Part shown: positions 23,553 through 35,409 of the stretch, piece by piece | Layout of the letters: every line of letters starts with the position of its first letter | Numbering within the stretch: position 1 is the stretch's first letter | NCBI GenBank assembly: GCA_008632985.1 | Contig: QPGO01000033.1 | Span: forward strand, 186,001 to 250,000 | From: Psammoneis japonica | Lineage: Eukaryota | Length of the DNA: 64,000 bases | Reading direction: 5' to 3' | Program-made: the position numbers and the translations under genes | The notes under the pieces: generated by a model | Seen by the model: the letters and a program-made list of their open reading frames with translations, nothing else | The model's database searches: none | What the model was told of the DNA's origin: nothing

Positions 23553-23796
23553 TAGAAAATACAATACCAGTGTTTACCACCCAGTACAATGAGTACTCGG
23601 CTCTCTTGTCTGCAAGAGTGTACTCTTTCTTCAGTCCAATCATGTCCCTGGGCGAGAGAGCCTCGATGATAATTACATTCAAAGCACTTAGTAGTTAGAA
23701 GTACAACAGTACCAGTGCCACAGAGCACAAGAAGAACTCGGATCTCTAGTCTGCAAGAGTATACTCTTTTTTCAGTCCAATCGTGTCTCTGGGCGA
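23553..23796. repeat. Diverged duplication (about 100 bp) of the last codons and stop region of the oxidoreductase gene
   Basis: ctcggctctcttgtctgcaagagtgtactctttcttcagtccaatcatgtccctgggcga (23596-23655) vs ctcggatctctagtctgcaagagtatactcttttttcagtccaatcgtgtctctgggcga (23737-23796). Confidence 0.85.
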
Positions 23797-24993
23797 CATG
23801 AAAAACATTGTCTTGTTCTTGACATAGGGTATAACGCGTTTGGTCCAAAAGGCGGACGTATAAAGGACTCCTTGATTCGGACCAACCGTGTTGCAGTACG
23901 CAGCAAAAGGAACTTCATACTTTTTCATCTCGTCCGTTTGGTCCAGTAGAGCAGCCTTGATGTTGTGCCCAAGGGTGTCGGCGGTTCTCATGTAGACATT
24001 TGCAGCGTTTGGAAGCGAAGTACTACAGTCTCCAAAGGCAAAGACTTTACCACTGGATCCAGGCAAACACAGATACTCATCGGTCACAATCCAGCCCTTT
24101 TCGTCTAATGATTCAGGGAAGGATTCCTTCATGAAGGAATTGACGGGCTTGAAACCAATCGTCACGACGGTAACATCGGCATCAATTTCTTTCTTGGAAT
24201 TTTGCAAAACCACCTTTTTCTTGTCTTTACCGGCGTCAACTACCTCTGCCTTTTCATTTAGAATCACAGTCACGCCCAAGCCTTCCAGCATGTCTTGTAC
24301 TGCTTTGGCTGCGGCAGGGCTCATGATTGGACAGAGTTGCGGCGTTGAATGAATGAGGGTAACTTTCGGGGTTTCCTTGTTTGCTTTCCGGGCATATCCA
24401 GCAACGTCTCCCGCCAATTCTGTCCCAATGAGTCCACCTCCAATAATGACGACACTCTTGGCATTCAACAATCGCTCGCCTTCAGCCGCCATGGCCTCGA
24501 GTCGGTGTTGAGCGGTCGCAGCCTCGGCCGATGCATGCAGTCCACGACCCATTCCAGGCCAATGGGAATCCGCGCCCGTGGCGACAGTGCACACGTCAAA
24601 GTTGATCTGGTTTCCATTGGAAAGCACTGCAACTCCATCACTGGTGAGTTTGGTAACTGTAGCTTGGATATGCATGACCTTGTGCTCGTTGCAATAGGGT
24701 TCCAACTTGCACAGAGAGCCTTTCGCCACCCACTCTTCAAAAGGCGATCGGTATGCAGCCCAAAAAACTTCACAATAATCCTTGGGCTCGACTAGAATAA
24801 TCTTGACTTGCTTATCAAATTGACGAATCCCATAAATTGTGGAGAGACCCGCAATGCCTCCTCCAATAATCAAGACTGTCTTGTCGGGAGACGGATCGGG
24901 CTTTTTCGAGCCGCTGAAAAGTTTCCAACCCATTGCTAGTGCTACTCCAATTCCTCCAATAGCCAAGGCCGTTGTTGTTTCTTGGGAGGGCAT
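23746..24993 (-). CDS. AIFM2/FSP1-like FAD-dependent NAD(P)H oxidoreductase with N-terminal membrane anchor
   Basis: VLIIGGGIAG, VATGA, VVIIGGGLIGTELAG, VTLIHS, VFAFGD. Confidence 0.88.
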   Translation of the reverse strand: MPSQETTTALAIGGIGVALAMGWKLFSGSKKPDPSPDKTVLIIGGGIAGLSTIYGIRQFDKQVKIILVEPKDYCEVFWAAYRSPFEEWVAKGSLCKLEPYCNEHKVMHIQATVTKLTSDGVAVLSNGNQINFDVCTVATGADSHWPGMGRGLHASAEAATAQHRLEAMAAEGERLLNAKSVVIIGGGLIGTELAGDVAGYARKANKETPKVTLIHSTPQLCPIMSPAAAKAVQDMLEGLGVTVILNEKAEVVDAGKDKKKVVLQNSKKEIDADVTVVTIGFKPVNSFMKESFPESLDEKGWIVTDEYLCLPGSSGKVFAFGDCSTSLPNAANVYMRTADTLGHNIKAALLDQTDEMKKYEVPFAAYCNTVGPNQGVLYTSAFWTKRVIPYVKNKTMFFMSPRDTIGLKKEYTLAD

Positions 24994-26067
24994 ACTATGA
25001 GGACGATATGTACACAAGCTATGTTCGAGCTAGTGTGAGCGCACGTGCCAACGTCGCTGCGGGGAAGTTCTCGGAATTCATTGGAACACACAACCGCATA
25101 ATAAAGGAGTGCGCGACGAATCGCTCATCGCTCTTTTATCGCTCAATAAGACGCATCGCACATCATGGGACCATGGGCTTCGTCAGGACAGACCGACCTG
25201 CTTTTGTGTCGGTCGCCCGTCTATCTCTCTTGTGCATCATCTCTATGGCCTAGAGTACTCTCTAGAGACGAGAGAGAGAGAGAGGCGAGGCTACCTAATA
25301 ATTCATGATGAGCTGGAAGAAACTTTGAGCTACAGACAGAAAAAAGACTCATGATCAGTTCTTCGCGTCGTACGCCTTTCAGGATTCTGGCAAGCAAATC
25401 CTTCCAGTTTTGAAGATACCCTTGATACTGCCCTTTTTCTATGTTGCAAGAAGATTAGCTTCCTCCGTAGTTGCAGTATTGCCGGACAGTTGGCCAGTGA
25501 TGATCGTTGATACATCTTTTCGCCTTCTCCCGTCGTCTCTGCTGTCGCTGGGCAAGTCACAGTTTGGCCGAAGACAATGCAAGGCAAAACCCCACTCTCG
25601 TTGAAGCGTGCTCCGGTCCGAGTCCTTCGGAGTATGCAAGTTGAGCAGCAAGGTGTCGTGAATGCGACTTTTTGCAACAAGAAATTCAAAGCTGTTGAAT
25701 CTTGTTGGTTTCTCGGTTTCTGTCTATTTGTGTGTTTGATATGATATCAAGTTGAAGGGGAAATTCTTGTTGCGGCAGAAAGAATCCTTTGTTAGGAGCA
25801 ACGTTCTCGCTGAGCTAGTTTTGCCGCATCCATGTTCAGGTCGATGCAAATAGGCAAAAAAACAGGATAATACACCTCGAATGCGACAGACAGAGCTTTT
25901 GAACAAACTGACTTCACACGAAAATCTATCTGGCCATAGAGAGCCTCTACTCCACTCCTCGTTCGCTTGCCTACTTGCGCTGGCCTGGTTCCGATTTGCC
26001 GCGGAGCAGCAAACTTCCACATCCAATCAGATTCATTGTACTCCGAAGTTGCAAACGTCGCAGCACC

Positions 26068-27063
26068 ATGGCCGAAGCTACATCATACGACCCCAAGGTT
26101 CGTTGCTGTGGATGGTGCTACGGAGTTGGAGTCCTCAGCAAGTGCTCCAAGTGCACCCGAGCCTATTGCAGCCGCCAATGCCAGGTAAATGACTGGAAAT
26201 CCGGTGGTCATAAGTTTTGGTGTGGCAATTCTGGAGAGAAGAATACGGACTACGAGATCCGTGACGCGGGAGAGAAGGGACTGGGCCTCTTTGTCAAGAG
26301 AGACATCCTTCGAGGCGAGAAAATTCTGGTGGAAAGGCCTGTTATGGTCCTCCAACCCAACGGAACGTACAACCGCGACGGACTCTCGAACGAAAATGTC
26401 AGAATTGCTGCAATGGCGCTGGCACCGGAGAACGCAGGGTTGAAGGAAAAGTTCGCTATCAACAATGTCAACCTCGGCGGCGACAATGAAGATGCTGGTT
26501 CGGGTCTCTTTGTACATTTCTCTCGAGTGAACCATGATTGTATCGGTAACAGCGAACACTATTTCGACCAGAAGACTGGAGTTAAGCTCCTTGTTGCGAA
26601 CCGCGATATCCCTGCAGGCTCTGAAGTTACCTTTAGTTATGTTAGCAATCAGAATTCAATGGAGAGGGCGCTAAGCCTGGCGCTCCGCGGCTTCCAATGC
26701 ACTTGCCTTGCATGTAGGACACCCGAGCTCGCCGACAAGCTGGACCGCATGCTGGAACTGGATCGCAAGATTTTGCAGCTCGGAAGCACAGGAAGGAACG
26801 AAGCAGCGATTCGAGCTGGCAAATCCCTCATCAAGATTTACGATGAACTGAAAAGCTCCGACTTGCTCTATTCGCGGACGTATTATGACTTGTTCCAGGT
26901 TGCCGTCCCGAAGCGCCAAACGGTGAAGCAAGGTCATGGATTCATCAAGAAAGCCTATGAGCATGCTGTCGTATTTTATGGTCCCAAGTCTGAAGTGGCT
27001 ACCAACTACAAGCAGTATGTTGAACAACCTTCCCTTCACCGTAATTATCGCTGCATCAATTGA
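26068..27063 (+). CDS. MYND zinc finger + SET domain protein (SMYD-like lysine methyltransferase)
   Basis: CSKCTRAYCSRQCQVNDWKSGGHKFWC, KGLGLFVKRDI, SRVNHDCIGN, EVTFSY, FQCTCLAC. Confidence 0.9.
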   Translation: MAEATSYDPKVRCCGWCYGVGVLSKCSKCTRAYCSRQCQVNDWKSGGHKFWCGNSGEKNTDYEIRDAGEKGLGLFVKRDILRGEKILVERPVMVLQPNGTYNRDGLSNENVRIAAMALAPENAGLKEKFAINNVNLGGDNEDAGSGLFVHFSRVNHDCIGNSEHYFDQKTGVKLLVANRDIPAGSEVTFSYVSNQNSMERALSLALRGFQCTCLACRTPELADKLDRMLELDRKILQLGSTGRNEAAIRAGKSLIKIYDELKSSDLLYSRTYYDLFQVAVPKRQTVKQGHGFIKKAYEHAVVFYGPKSEVATNYKQYVEQPSLHRNYRCIN

Positions 27064-27358
27064 CAATAGATTCGCTCCTCATTTGAGACTCTAGCCTTTA
27101 GAATGAAAAGTAAAACGCTTTCTTTGGAATGTAGCTTGCTGGCGCTGGCCACAATAAGTGTATCATGAATGCCGCAGGCATAAAAAGTATGAACAAACAA
27201 GAACAAAGAGACATTGCATGATTGCTTTAATCATAGTTTAACCTACTAAATGCACCAAACTTGAAACTACATCTGCGGCATCTATCAAAGGCTGAATCGC
27301 TGAGATCGTCCACTCCATCAACGCACAACAAAATAGCACGACCACAAATCACACATAT

Positions 27359-29467
27359 TCACGAGTAGAAACGTCCTTGCGCACCATAGGCTGTTGTTTT
27401 CGTCCAGTTATACTTCTCATTCTCCTCGTATTCGAGATATTCCTTCATTACCTGATGGACACGGACAATGTCTTCTTCAAGGTGCTCCACCGTGCGGACC
27501 TTTTCTCGAGTAATCGAGGGAAACGCTGCAAGAACCATTTGCTTAATCACGAGACTGTTGAGATGCGGGTTGTACCCGTTGTCTGCAAGGTAATCTGCGA
27601 CCCACTGACCAAGCTGATCATTGGCTTCTTTGGCGATTTCAGGCTCGCTTTCAATGGCCTTGTTAAACAACTCACAAAACTCGCTCACTTCTTCCTGGCG
27701 TTCGGGCTTTGAGATCTCGGCCAACACGCGGCCCTGCAATGCAACTCTGGAACGGAAGGTTTGTTCCGCGTGCTCACGCAAGCCATTCAAATCCTCCATG
27801 TCTTCTTCGTACGGCTTGACCTTGGGAACAAGTGGCGTCTTGTTGTTCTTGATTCGATCAATGTTGACTAGCCACATTTCGTCCGGGTCGACGAATTCTC
27901 CCGCGAGAGCCTTCTCGATCAGCTCTTTGTCTTCGCCCGGCAAAACTCGCTTGCTTGAAGGGGGCTTTTTCTTTTCGGGTCCATAGTGGGGCTTGCGCAT
28001 GAGCGGTGCATTGATGAGGGCTGCACCAAAACTGATACCGACTCCCGTCCAAATGGCCGTGTTGGTGCTCGTCTGGTCCGCCAATATACCAAATAACCAC
28101 GGCGCCAATGCCATTCCAAAGTTCATGGCCGAGTTGTTGAGACCTTGTACAAATCCAATCTTATCGGGTGGGGCCAAAATGTCCAGCATTGGTCCCGTCG
28201 TGAGCTGACTCCAGACCGTGACGGGAAAGCCGGCATACAAGACAATCACAAATCCCGCAAAGCTGGCCGTGGATGCAGGCGTTACCTCTGTTGCAATGAG
28301 TAGCAGCGCCATGGTCACAATGGCTGTCATGGCATTTCCAACCACACAGGTACCGGCAACACCAATCTTGCGGAAGATGTAGGGCGTAACAAAGGTAGAC
28401 GGTACCACCATGAATGCCACGCACACACTGAGCCACTGATAGCCTGTAACCGACATTATCTGCTCTTCAGGTTGTACGGTAAATGTCTCGAGAGCCAACG
28501 GTGACAGACAGAGAGGAAAAAGCCCTGTCGAACCAAAGTTGTCAGCCAAGGCTCCGCCAATAATGTTCCATAGGGTGCACTGGTCGATCGTCTCTGGCCG
28601 CTGTAATTCCTCCTCTTCCTCTTGTCCTTCTAGAGTAACTTCGGTTCCAATTGGCTGTAGACTAACATCTCCGGGCTCAATAAGCCACCATGAGATTGAA
28701 ATAGCAGAAAGAAACATGAGGCCAGCTCCAACCCAGAGGGCGGAAAACAAACCCGCGCTCTGCATCAGAATCGCAATGATCCCCCCACCCGAATTGCCCA
28801 TGACGAAATTCGCCACAATAATACTGAGCTGTCGTTCCTTTTCCTTCTTGCTGACAAAGACATCCCCAACATAGGCCATGGCAACGGGGAGATTCCCAAG
28901 AAAGAATCCAAAGACTAAATTGGTAATGGCAAAGGGCCAGAACTCGTTTCGTGTAAAGTACTTGGCAATCGATCCCCCACCACTGATCACAGCAAGGACC
29001 AGAAGGACCGGCTTGCGACCGACTCTATCGGAAATTTGTCCCAAAAAGATAGACGCAATTGCCACGCCCAAGAGAGACATCATGGGAAGAAAGTACGTGG
29101 CTGTGTTGAAATCAAACGGATCTGTATCCGGAAAGCTATCCTCGTGTATACCGGGCGAGACCATGAGTGGATAATTGGGATTCAGCATTTTCGTGTTGAT
29201 GGCGCTCGTCATGACGGCAAACTGGAGTGTGTAGAGACTCTTTTGGCGAACGTTCTTGTCTTCAATGAGCTTGTACCGTCGTGGAGTGCTGTACTTGGTG
29301 TTGAGCCAGTCTGTCCAGTCCTGGAGCGAAGATCCGAATTTCCAACTCTCAGCGTTGCCTCCCGAGGCTTTCTCGTCCGAGGTTACAGTCTCTTCGACAC
29401 CCACCTCCACGTCCATGGGTTCCATCCCCTCGGTGGAGTCCATGTCCATAGCATCCTTACTGCTCAT
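27359..29467 (-). CDS. MFS transporter with extended soluble C-terminal domain
   Basis: Motif A GQISDRVGRKPVL, about 12 hydrophobic segments, FGILADQ. Confidence 0.9.
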   Translation of the reverse strand: MSSKDAMDMDSTEGMEPMDVEVGVEETVTSDEKASGGNAESWKFGSSLQDWTDWLNTKYSTPRRYKLIEDKNVRQKSLYTLQFAVMTSAINTKMLNPNYPLMVSPGIHEDSFPDTDPFDFNTATYFLPMMSLLGVAIASIFLGQISDRVGRKPVLLVLAVISGGGSIAKYFTRNEFWPFAITNLVFGFFLGNLPVAMAYVGDVFVSKKEKERQLSIIVANFVMGNSGGGIIAILMQSAGLFSALWVGAGLMFLSAISISWWLIEPGDVSLQPIGTEVTLEGQEEEEELQRPETIDQCTLWNIIGGALADNFGSTGLFPLCLSPLALETFTVQPEEQIMSVTGYQWLSVCVAFMVVPSTFVTPYIFRKIGVAGTCVVGNAMTAIVTMALLLIATEVTPASTASFAGFVIVLYAGFPVTVWSQLTTGPMLDILAPPDKIGFVQGLNNSAMNFGMALAPWLFGILADQTSTNTAIWTGVGISFGAALINAPLMRKPHYGPEKKKPPSSKRVLPGEDKELIEKALAGEFVDPDEMWLVNIDRIKNNKTPLVPKVKPYEEDMEDLNGLREHAEQTFRSRVALQGRVLAEISKPERQEEVSEFCELFNKAIESEPEIAKEANDQLGQWVADYLADNGYNPHLNSLVIKQMVLAAFPSITREKVRTVEHLEEDIVRVHQVMKEYLEYEENEKYNWTKTTAYGAQGRFYS

Positions 29468-29769
29468 GGTTGAGAGCACTATGGGCGGGATCTACTATGT
29501 TATTGATTATGTCGAGTGTTGAAAGTAACTTCAAATTGAAGGTTGTGGTTTGGAGGTTCGGTTGTTGTTGAGCTTGCGACTTGCGACGCGGTGGATACCA
29601 ATGCGCTGCGCGCTTGCATGCTAGATCTACGAAGACTCAATCGCCAACAGCGACATGCTGTGTCATGTTGTGCGCACAGCACCCACTGTACAGCACAGCA
29701 AGTTGGGCTCTTTATGTAAAAGTAAAATGACGCAATGGATGAATCTCGCAATGAATGACATACACTGTA

Positions 29770-32565
29770 GATTGCAATTGCGGTGCTCCTCTTGCCGCAT
29801 GTGATGCCAGCATCATTCGCGCCAAAGCCAGCTGACTTCCTGGGCCTGATGTGATGTCTCATGTCGCTGCCAGTGCCGTTCGTGCCAAACTTGACCAACT
29901 CATCTCCAACACACTGCTGCTGCTGCTGCTGCTGCTTTTGAACTCAGCAAAACAGCAGCTGCCAACAGCCATTGTGAGCTGCTGTCAGCTGTTGCACACC
30001 TGCAGCCAAAAAACAGTGCAACATCAACAACTGCTGCCAACCAACTGCTGCCAACCAACAGCTGATGCTGCACACCTCTGGCTGACCTTTGTTGCAGCAG
30101 CTCGTCCAGCTGGCTTGATTTGCAGCTCACAGGAGCTGCAGCTGGCCACAGCCCCACCACATTTGACTGCTCCCACCCCCTGTGCATGCTGCTCTTGCAG
30201 CAGAGCAAGTGCAGCACACTGCAAGCAGCGAGCACACCGCAGCTCCTCCTTTTTGACACAACTGCGTGCACAAACCACTGGCTGGAACAGCACAATGTCA
30301 AACAACTCTGTTTTTCTGTTGCCCACCCTCTGTCTTTCTTCTCATCTTTTTTGGACAAGGATGACAATGTTGTTGGAGAGAGTGGCCAAACTGGCCATCC
30401 CTTGGCATCTCCAAAAAATGATGGTCTCTGGGGGCAATGATGGCATGCAAAAACCTTGACACATGCAGAAAGCTGTCTTTCCAGCACTTCATCCTTCCCC
30501 TCTGTTCCCCACCTCCTTCTTTGTGGATTGCTGCTGCTGTGCCAATGATGCCACTCACAGATGGTTGGTTGTGGTTCACCCACAAACACAGAGGCAGGTG
30601 GGGGCATGCCCGCTGAACACCTCCTGGCGCATGGCAAGAAGAAGGAGCTTTCAAAAAGCAGAGCTGGCTTCTTGTCCAAGATCTCATTGATGAAGACAAC
30701 AAAGCTTGTGCCATCATCTGAGCAAGACATCACCAACATCCGTGGGAATGAGAGGTCCCACATCTCATTTCAGAAAAAAGAAGTGTGCTTCCTTTTTTCC
30801 CTGTTGGCCAGCATTTTGCCAGCGACACAAAATCTGAAGCTTGCAAGCACCAAAAAAAGCAGAAGCCAGCACTTGAAGAACTCTGAGATCCCCACAGGTT
30901 GCCATTGCCATCTCAAACCTGACGCAAATGGGGAAAAGGTCAACTCGCAGTGTTGAACTGACGTGTTGACAGTGGCTGACAAAGGGAATCTTACAAAGCT
31001 TCCTCCACTCTTGACACGCACATCCTGGCTGCTTTTGTGGCTGTGGTTTGCCTGGAAGTTTATTCGATGTAACTTCTTTCACCAAATGGATTTGGTTTTA
31101 ACAGACACTTCCCAGCACCAATGACAACAGCTCATGTGCGCCAGATGATTCACTCCAAAGAGTGAGAATGCCACTTTTGGTGATGACAGTGTGATGACAA
31201 AGAATGCATTGTCATCAAACAGTCCACGTCAGGAGACAAACATCCATGGACTTCAACTGATTCCGGGTTCTCTCAGACCCTGGTCTAACTTGCTCCAACA
31301 CACAGTCAGGCAAGCCACAGCCTGACACACTTGCTCCATGTGATCATCACAATGGAAGCCAGCTGCGGCCATTTGCATGAACTTGGCACTGCAGTCCACT
31401 GCACACAAAGCAAAAAAAAACAGAGTGTGGAGCACTTCAGCCAAATCTTGTGCACCTTGAATCTGCCATTGAAAGGGGTTGATTCCAATCTTTTGGCAGA
31501 GCCAAAGAGAAGCTGCCCCCTCCTTGAGAAAAATGTGCCAGCCTGCCATGCTTCAATGAATGCCACACTCCTCTCACAAAGGATTTGAAGCAATCTGTGT
31601 GTCGCTGGTGGAATCGGATGATGTCAGGCACAAAAGTTGACAAGGCAGTCAACATGGCATTGCATGGCATCTTTCCAAATGGCACCCTCCTTGAGCTGGT
31701 GTGCACAAGGCCAATCAATTGATGCCTTGCATGAAGGAGTGTGTTGGAACATTGGGGTTTGATGCAGTTTTTGCAGTGGGACAGGCAGAAACCACAATGT
31801 TGCAGTGAATGATGCACTGATGACCATCAACAACATGGCAAGAGTTCATGTTTGCAGCTCATGATGAGTTGCAGGTGTTGTGCTCACCTTTTAGCTTCTG
31901 CACCTCTCCAACATGTCAAATGGTGACAGTGGTGTTGGAGTTGTGTTTGCAACCCAGCATGCAGTGAGTTGGGGGATTGGCGAGACAAGAGTGAGTTGGT
32001 CGGCAAGCCATGAAAGTCTGACAAGAGATCATGAAAGAGGCTGCCCTGAGGCTTTTTCTGTGCGACACTTGAAATGAAATGAGAACTCAGGTGATGTGGG
32101 GCTGTGGTCCATCACGATGCACAAGCAGCCCACGTCAGTGTGCAGCAAGGCAGGGGGCGGGACACCTTGTTGGCACTGCTGCAAAGGACCCTCTGAAATG
32201 TCACCTGTGATGCAGTTGGTGAGTGCTTGTGCTCTGAGGAAGTGCTGATGCTTTGTTTTGGAGTCATTGGAAGAGACAATGGACTGCAGGTGGAAAATCT
32301 CCAACATCAAGATCATCATCGCTGATCAAAACATTCATGGACGCTTGTTTGGATTCTTGGAAACTGCTCAAAGGACATGGTGTTGAGGCAAGACTGCTGC
32401 CACACCTTCCAAGAGAGGTGTGGCCAAACCCAGAGATCTTTGGTCAGTTTTACTGCCACAAGATCAAAAACAATCTTAGCACAAAGCTGAAATCTGAAAC
32501 AGTGGAAGAGTTGTCAGCGGCTTTCAGCAAGGCCAAGGTTGAGCTTGCAGACGGATGTTGCATGT
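29770..32565. mobile_element. Highly degenerate repeat/TE relic, depleted of both TpA and CpG; family not identifiable
   Basis: Abrupt compositional switch to TG/CA-rich sequence, matching the composition of the identifiable TEs in this window. No intact ORF and no termini found. Confidence 0.55.
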
Positions 32566-32668
32566 TTACTGCGCTAGGACGAGCGTGTATGAAAGAAACC
32601 ACACTGCAAGTAAGGAGCAAATGTGTTGTTATAATCAATCTATAATAACGGTTATGCTTCCATCCACT

Positions 32669-33609
32669 TTAGACGTATGGGAAGGGTCCTTGAGTGAGGA
32701 CAGCTTGAGTGACAACACCTGAGAAGGCAAGCATGGCAAGGCGTCCATTCTTGATTTCACGAAGTTGCATCTTCTTGACTTCGTCTTCGGACTTTCCTTC
32801 AAGGAGACCAAGAGGGTCAAGGCCAAAGTCACCAGGCTGGCGTCCACTGCCATTCAACATTTGAATGGTAGCAACGGTGCCAATAACTTCGGCGAGAGAA
32901 ATCCACAACATGAGCTGTCCCATGGCACCCTGCTTAACGAGCGCATCGTGCGCAGTCACCGAGGTGAGACCGGCATATGCCTCTGGAAGAGGGTACATTT
33001 GGAAGCCCAAATCCACTGCGCAAAATCCAGTCCAAGCCAACATACACATGCGTCCGTGCTTGAGTTCAGCCTCGCGAAGAAAGTCCATGGGCACAAAGTC
33101 CGAGAAGCGGAATGGATCAAAGCCAGCCTCGTCGCCAACATATCCCTTAAGATTAGGAGGGTAATCCATAAAGGGGAGAGCCGGGCTCTTTTCTCCAGCA
33201 AGAGCGGTAGATGACCGAGCTATAGATACAAAAAAGAGGAAAGCACACAGATGTGAGAAACTCCACGGGAGAATTATAGGAACGTTTTTGAATAGTATCA
33301 GTACAAAGGGCGAGACTGAAGCATGAACGATGAAAGCCATCAAGTCAAAATGACTCCCCCATCTACCAAAATCATTTCTGATCCAAAGTTTTTCCCAATC
33401 GCAACGTCTGCACCAAGAACAACGTTTCACGCAGACTTGCGCAAGGGGAGTGTAGCGTGCAGTGATTGTCGACTATTTTTCGTCTCGTTCTCTCGTCATT
33501 TTATTGCAACTCTTACAGTTTATACAAAACAATCACACATACCTCCGGTAGAGGCAGGAGCAAAGGCCGAAGCCGCTCCCAAAAAAGACGCAACGATAGC
33601 AAGCTTCAT
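32669..33609 (-). CDS. LHCR: Fucoxanthin-chlorophyll light-harvesting protein, Lhcr type; exons 33609-33543 and 33219-32669
   Basis: MKLAIVASFLGAASAFAP bipartite signal, GT..AG intron in phase, ALPF..GFDPF, LREAELKHGRMCMLA, PGDFGLDPLG, EIKNGRLAMLA. Confidence 0.93.
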
Positions 33610-33857
33610 GTTGGTTCTCGGCTCTTTTGGATGCAGGGGCGACGAAAGCAAGGTCAACGTCACGTGCAATCAGTACCAGATTGTACGTAGCCATGCGGCC
33701 GTAGGTAGCCCTCGTATGTTTTGTTGAAGGCGTTGCTCCCGAAAGATTTGCTTCCCTGTCTGTCGTCCGTGGAAACTTCCTTGCCGCGCTTTGGATGCGC
33801 ATGGTAGTCTACGTCATGATGACGAAGGTATCCTCCAACAGCAGGCAGCAGCATACG

Positions 33858-34156
33858 TACTACGAATTGCAAGACAATTGCGCGATTCACGTGCCCGAAG
33901 GGTGATTGTTGAAATTCGAGCTTCGCGCACGTAGAGCCTGTAGAAAATGTACCAACCAGCCCGAAGCTCCGATTTTCGTAGATCACGTAGGAGAGTACCA
34001 CAAGGTCATTTGATGAAATGACTGGGACCAAAATGAAAATTTTGATACCACATCATACGTAGAATTGACATCTGCGCGAAGGGAGAATGTTGCTTCGGGC
34101 AACGATATTCCACCTTCGGGCACGTGAATCGCGCAATTGTCTTGCAATTTGTAGTA
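33858..34156. mobile_element. MITE-like element (about 300 bp) with about 44-bp terminal inverted repeats
   Basis: tactacgaattgcaagacaattgcgcgattcacgtgcccgaagg (33858-33901) is the reverse complement of 34113-34156 with one mismatch. Confidence 0.75.
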
Positions 34157-34228
34157 GCATGAGCCCAGAGCATCCAGCCTCGTCCGTCCGCAAACATGGG
34201 CAGTCGCATTTCGCATTCCGCATTCACG

Positions 34229-35101
34229 ATGATGAGACTATCCGCTTCAGCGCTTTGTCGTGCAGCGACTACACGCACAACATGGCTAAAGACTCCTCAT
34301 CGTAGCACTCTCAGCAGCCGTACGCTATCTTCTGTCACGCCCCCCGCTGGAACCCCACCTCCGCCTCTCGCGAATCCACCTTCTGAAATCAACGATCAAA
34401 TGGCTCTTGGGATTCAGGATACGACAAGCTTGTATGTCAAATGGGGCATAGCGAAACAGCGTCTTGAAGATATCCGCGATAATCCCGGAGACTCGTCATT
34501 GGTGGACCGGTGGCAGAAAATGATGGAAGCCTTCTTGGGGACTCAGGTGCATGTGTTGGCTGGATTGGGATACACTCCCGATGAACAGGGATTGGCTCTG
34601 TACAATTCTCAATTGGCGCAATTCGTACAGTCAGCATCACCAGAGATTCAGGAACAGCTAAGAATCAAGGGACGTGATACGTGGCGCCAGGTCTTGTCCA
34701 GTGCGTTTGATGTCGACTTGGATCAGATGAAGGAGCTGTCGATTGTGGACGCTCGCAACATGATGCATCAGGTGTCTCTGAAAATGCAAGAAAAGGAAAT
34801 ATTGGAAGCAGTTGCCAAACAATGCGCTTTAATTCAGCCATCAGACAATCCTCAAATCGACATGGCGAAGAAGCACAACGTGATTCAACAAGTGTTGGTG
34901 ACAGAGGTTTATCTGGGTGGTTCTCCTAGTCTAGTGGAACAATGTGGATTCGATCCTGGCGAAAAAGGTTATGTCTATATGCAGTGTATCATGGCAGAGC
35001 ATCAGCAAGATCCACTCGTTGCTCAATACATTGGGACGAGTATGATGAAGATCATGCAAGCGGCGGGGATTGACCTTTCTGGAGCTGCACCTAAACCGTA
35101 A
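34229..35101 (+). CDS. Hypothetical helical protein, probable mitochondrial presequence
   Basis: Arg/Ser/Thr-rich, acid-free N-terminus (MMRLSASALCRAATTRTTW...RTLSS) followed by about 230 aa of globular sequence. Confidence 0.75.
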   Translation: MMRLSASALCRAATTRTTWLKTPHRSTLSSRTLSSVTPPAGTPPPPLANPPSEINDQMALGIQDTTSLYVKWGIAKQRLEDIRDNPGDSSLVDRWQKMMEAFLGTQVHVLAGLGYTPDEQGLALYNSQLAQFVQSASPEIQEQLRIKGRDTWRQVLSSAFDVDLDQMKELSIVDARNMMHQVSLKMQEKEILEAVAKQCALIQPSDNPQIDMAKKHNVIQQVLVTEVYLGGSPSLVEQCGFDPGEKGYVYMQCIMAEHQQDPLVAQYIGTSMMKIMQAAGIDLSGAAPKP

Positions 35102-35409
35102 GCTAAAGATCTTATGAACAAAGCAAACCTTATTTACTGTTAGTATATGTACAAGAATGCCTTCACTCTCGAAAAGCGAGACCACTAGCCAATCCACAAG
35201 TTGTAGCAAAATAAAAAATCACTCGGGGTAACGGCTGGGCTGACAGGGAAACTCTTGATGTGTTCTCGTAATAGCTTGGGAGAACCCTCTGTAGAAATAT
35301 GTATAATATACGCACGACAGAACAAAGGACCACCAGGTACGTAGCGAAAGATGCAAACAAACGTCCAAAGCTCCGTCGCATGATGAAATCGACAAGCAAT
35401 CGGTTGCTT

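Noticed and set aside
26068..27063. SET-MYND gene (or the PhyH dioxygenase) as the effector of the hypermutation
   Set aside because: Both are common families, and proximity in a eukaryotic genome is not evidence of a link.
29851..32645. Many 60-290 aa ORFs as real genes
   Set aside because: Overlapping in all frames, nearly Tyr-free, no motifs. Explained by loss of TAA/TAG stops.
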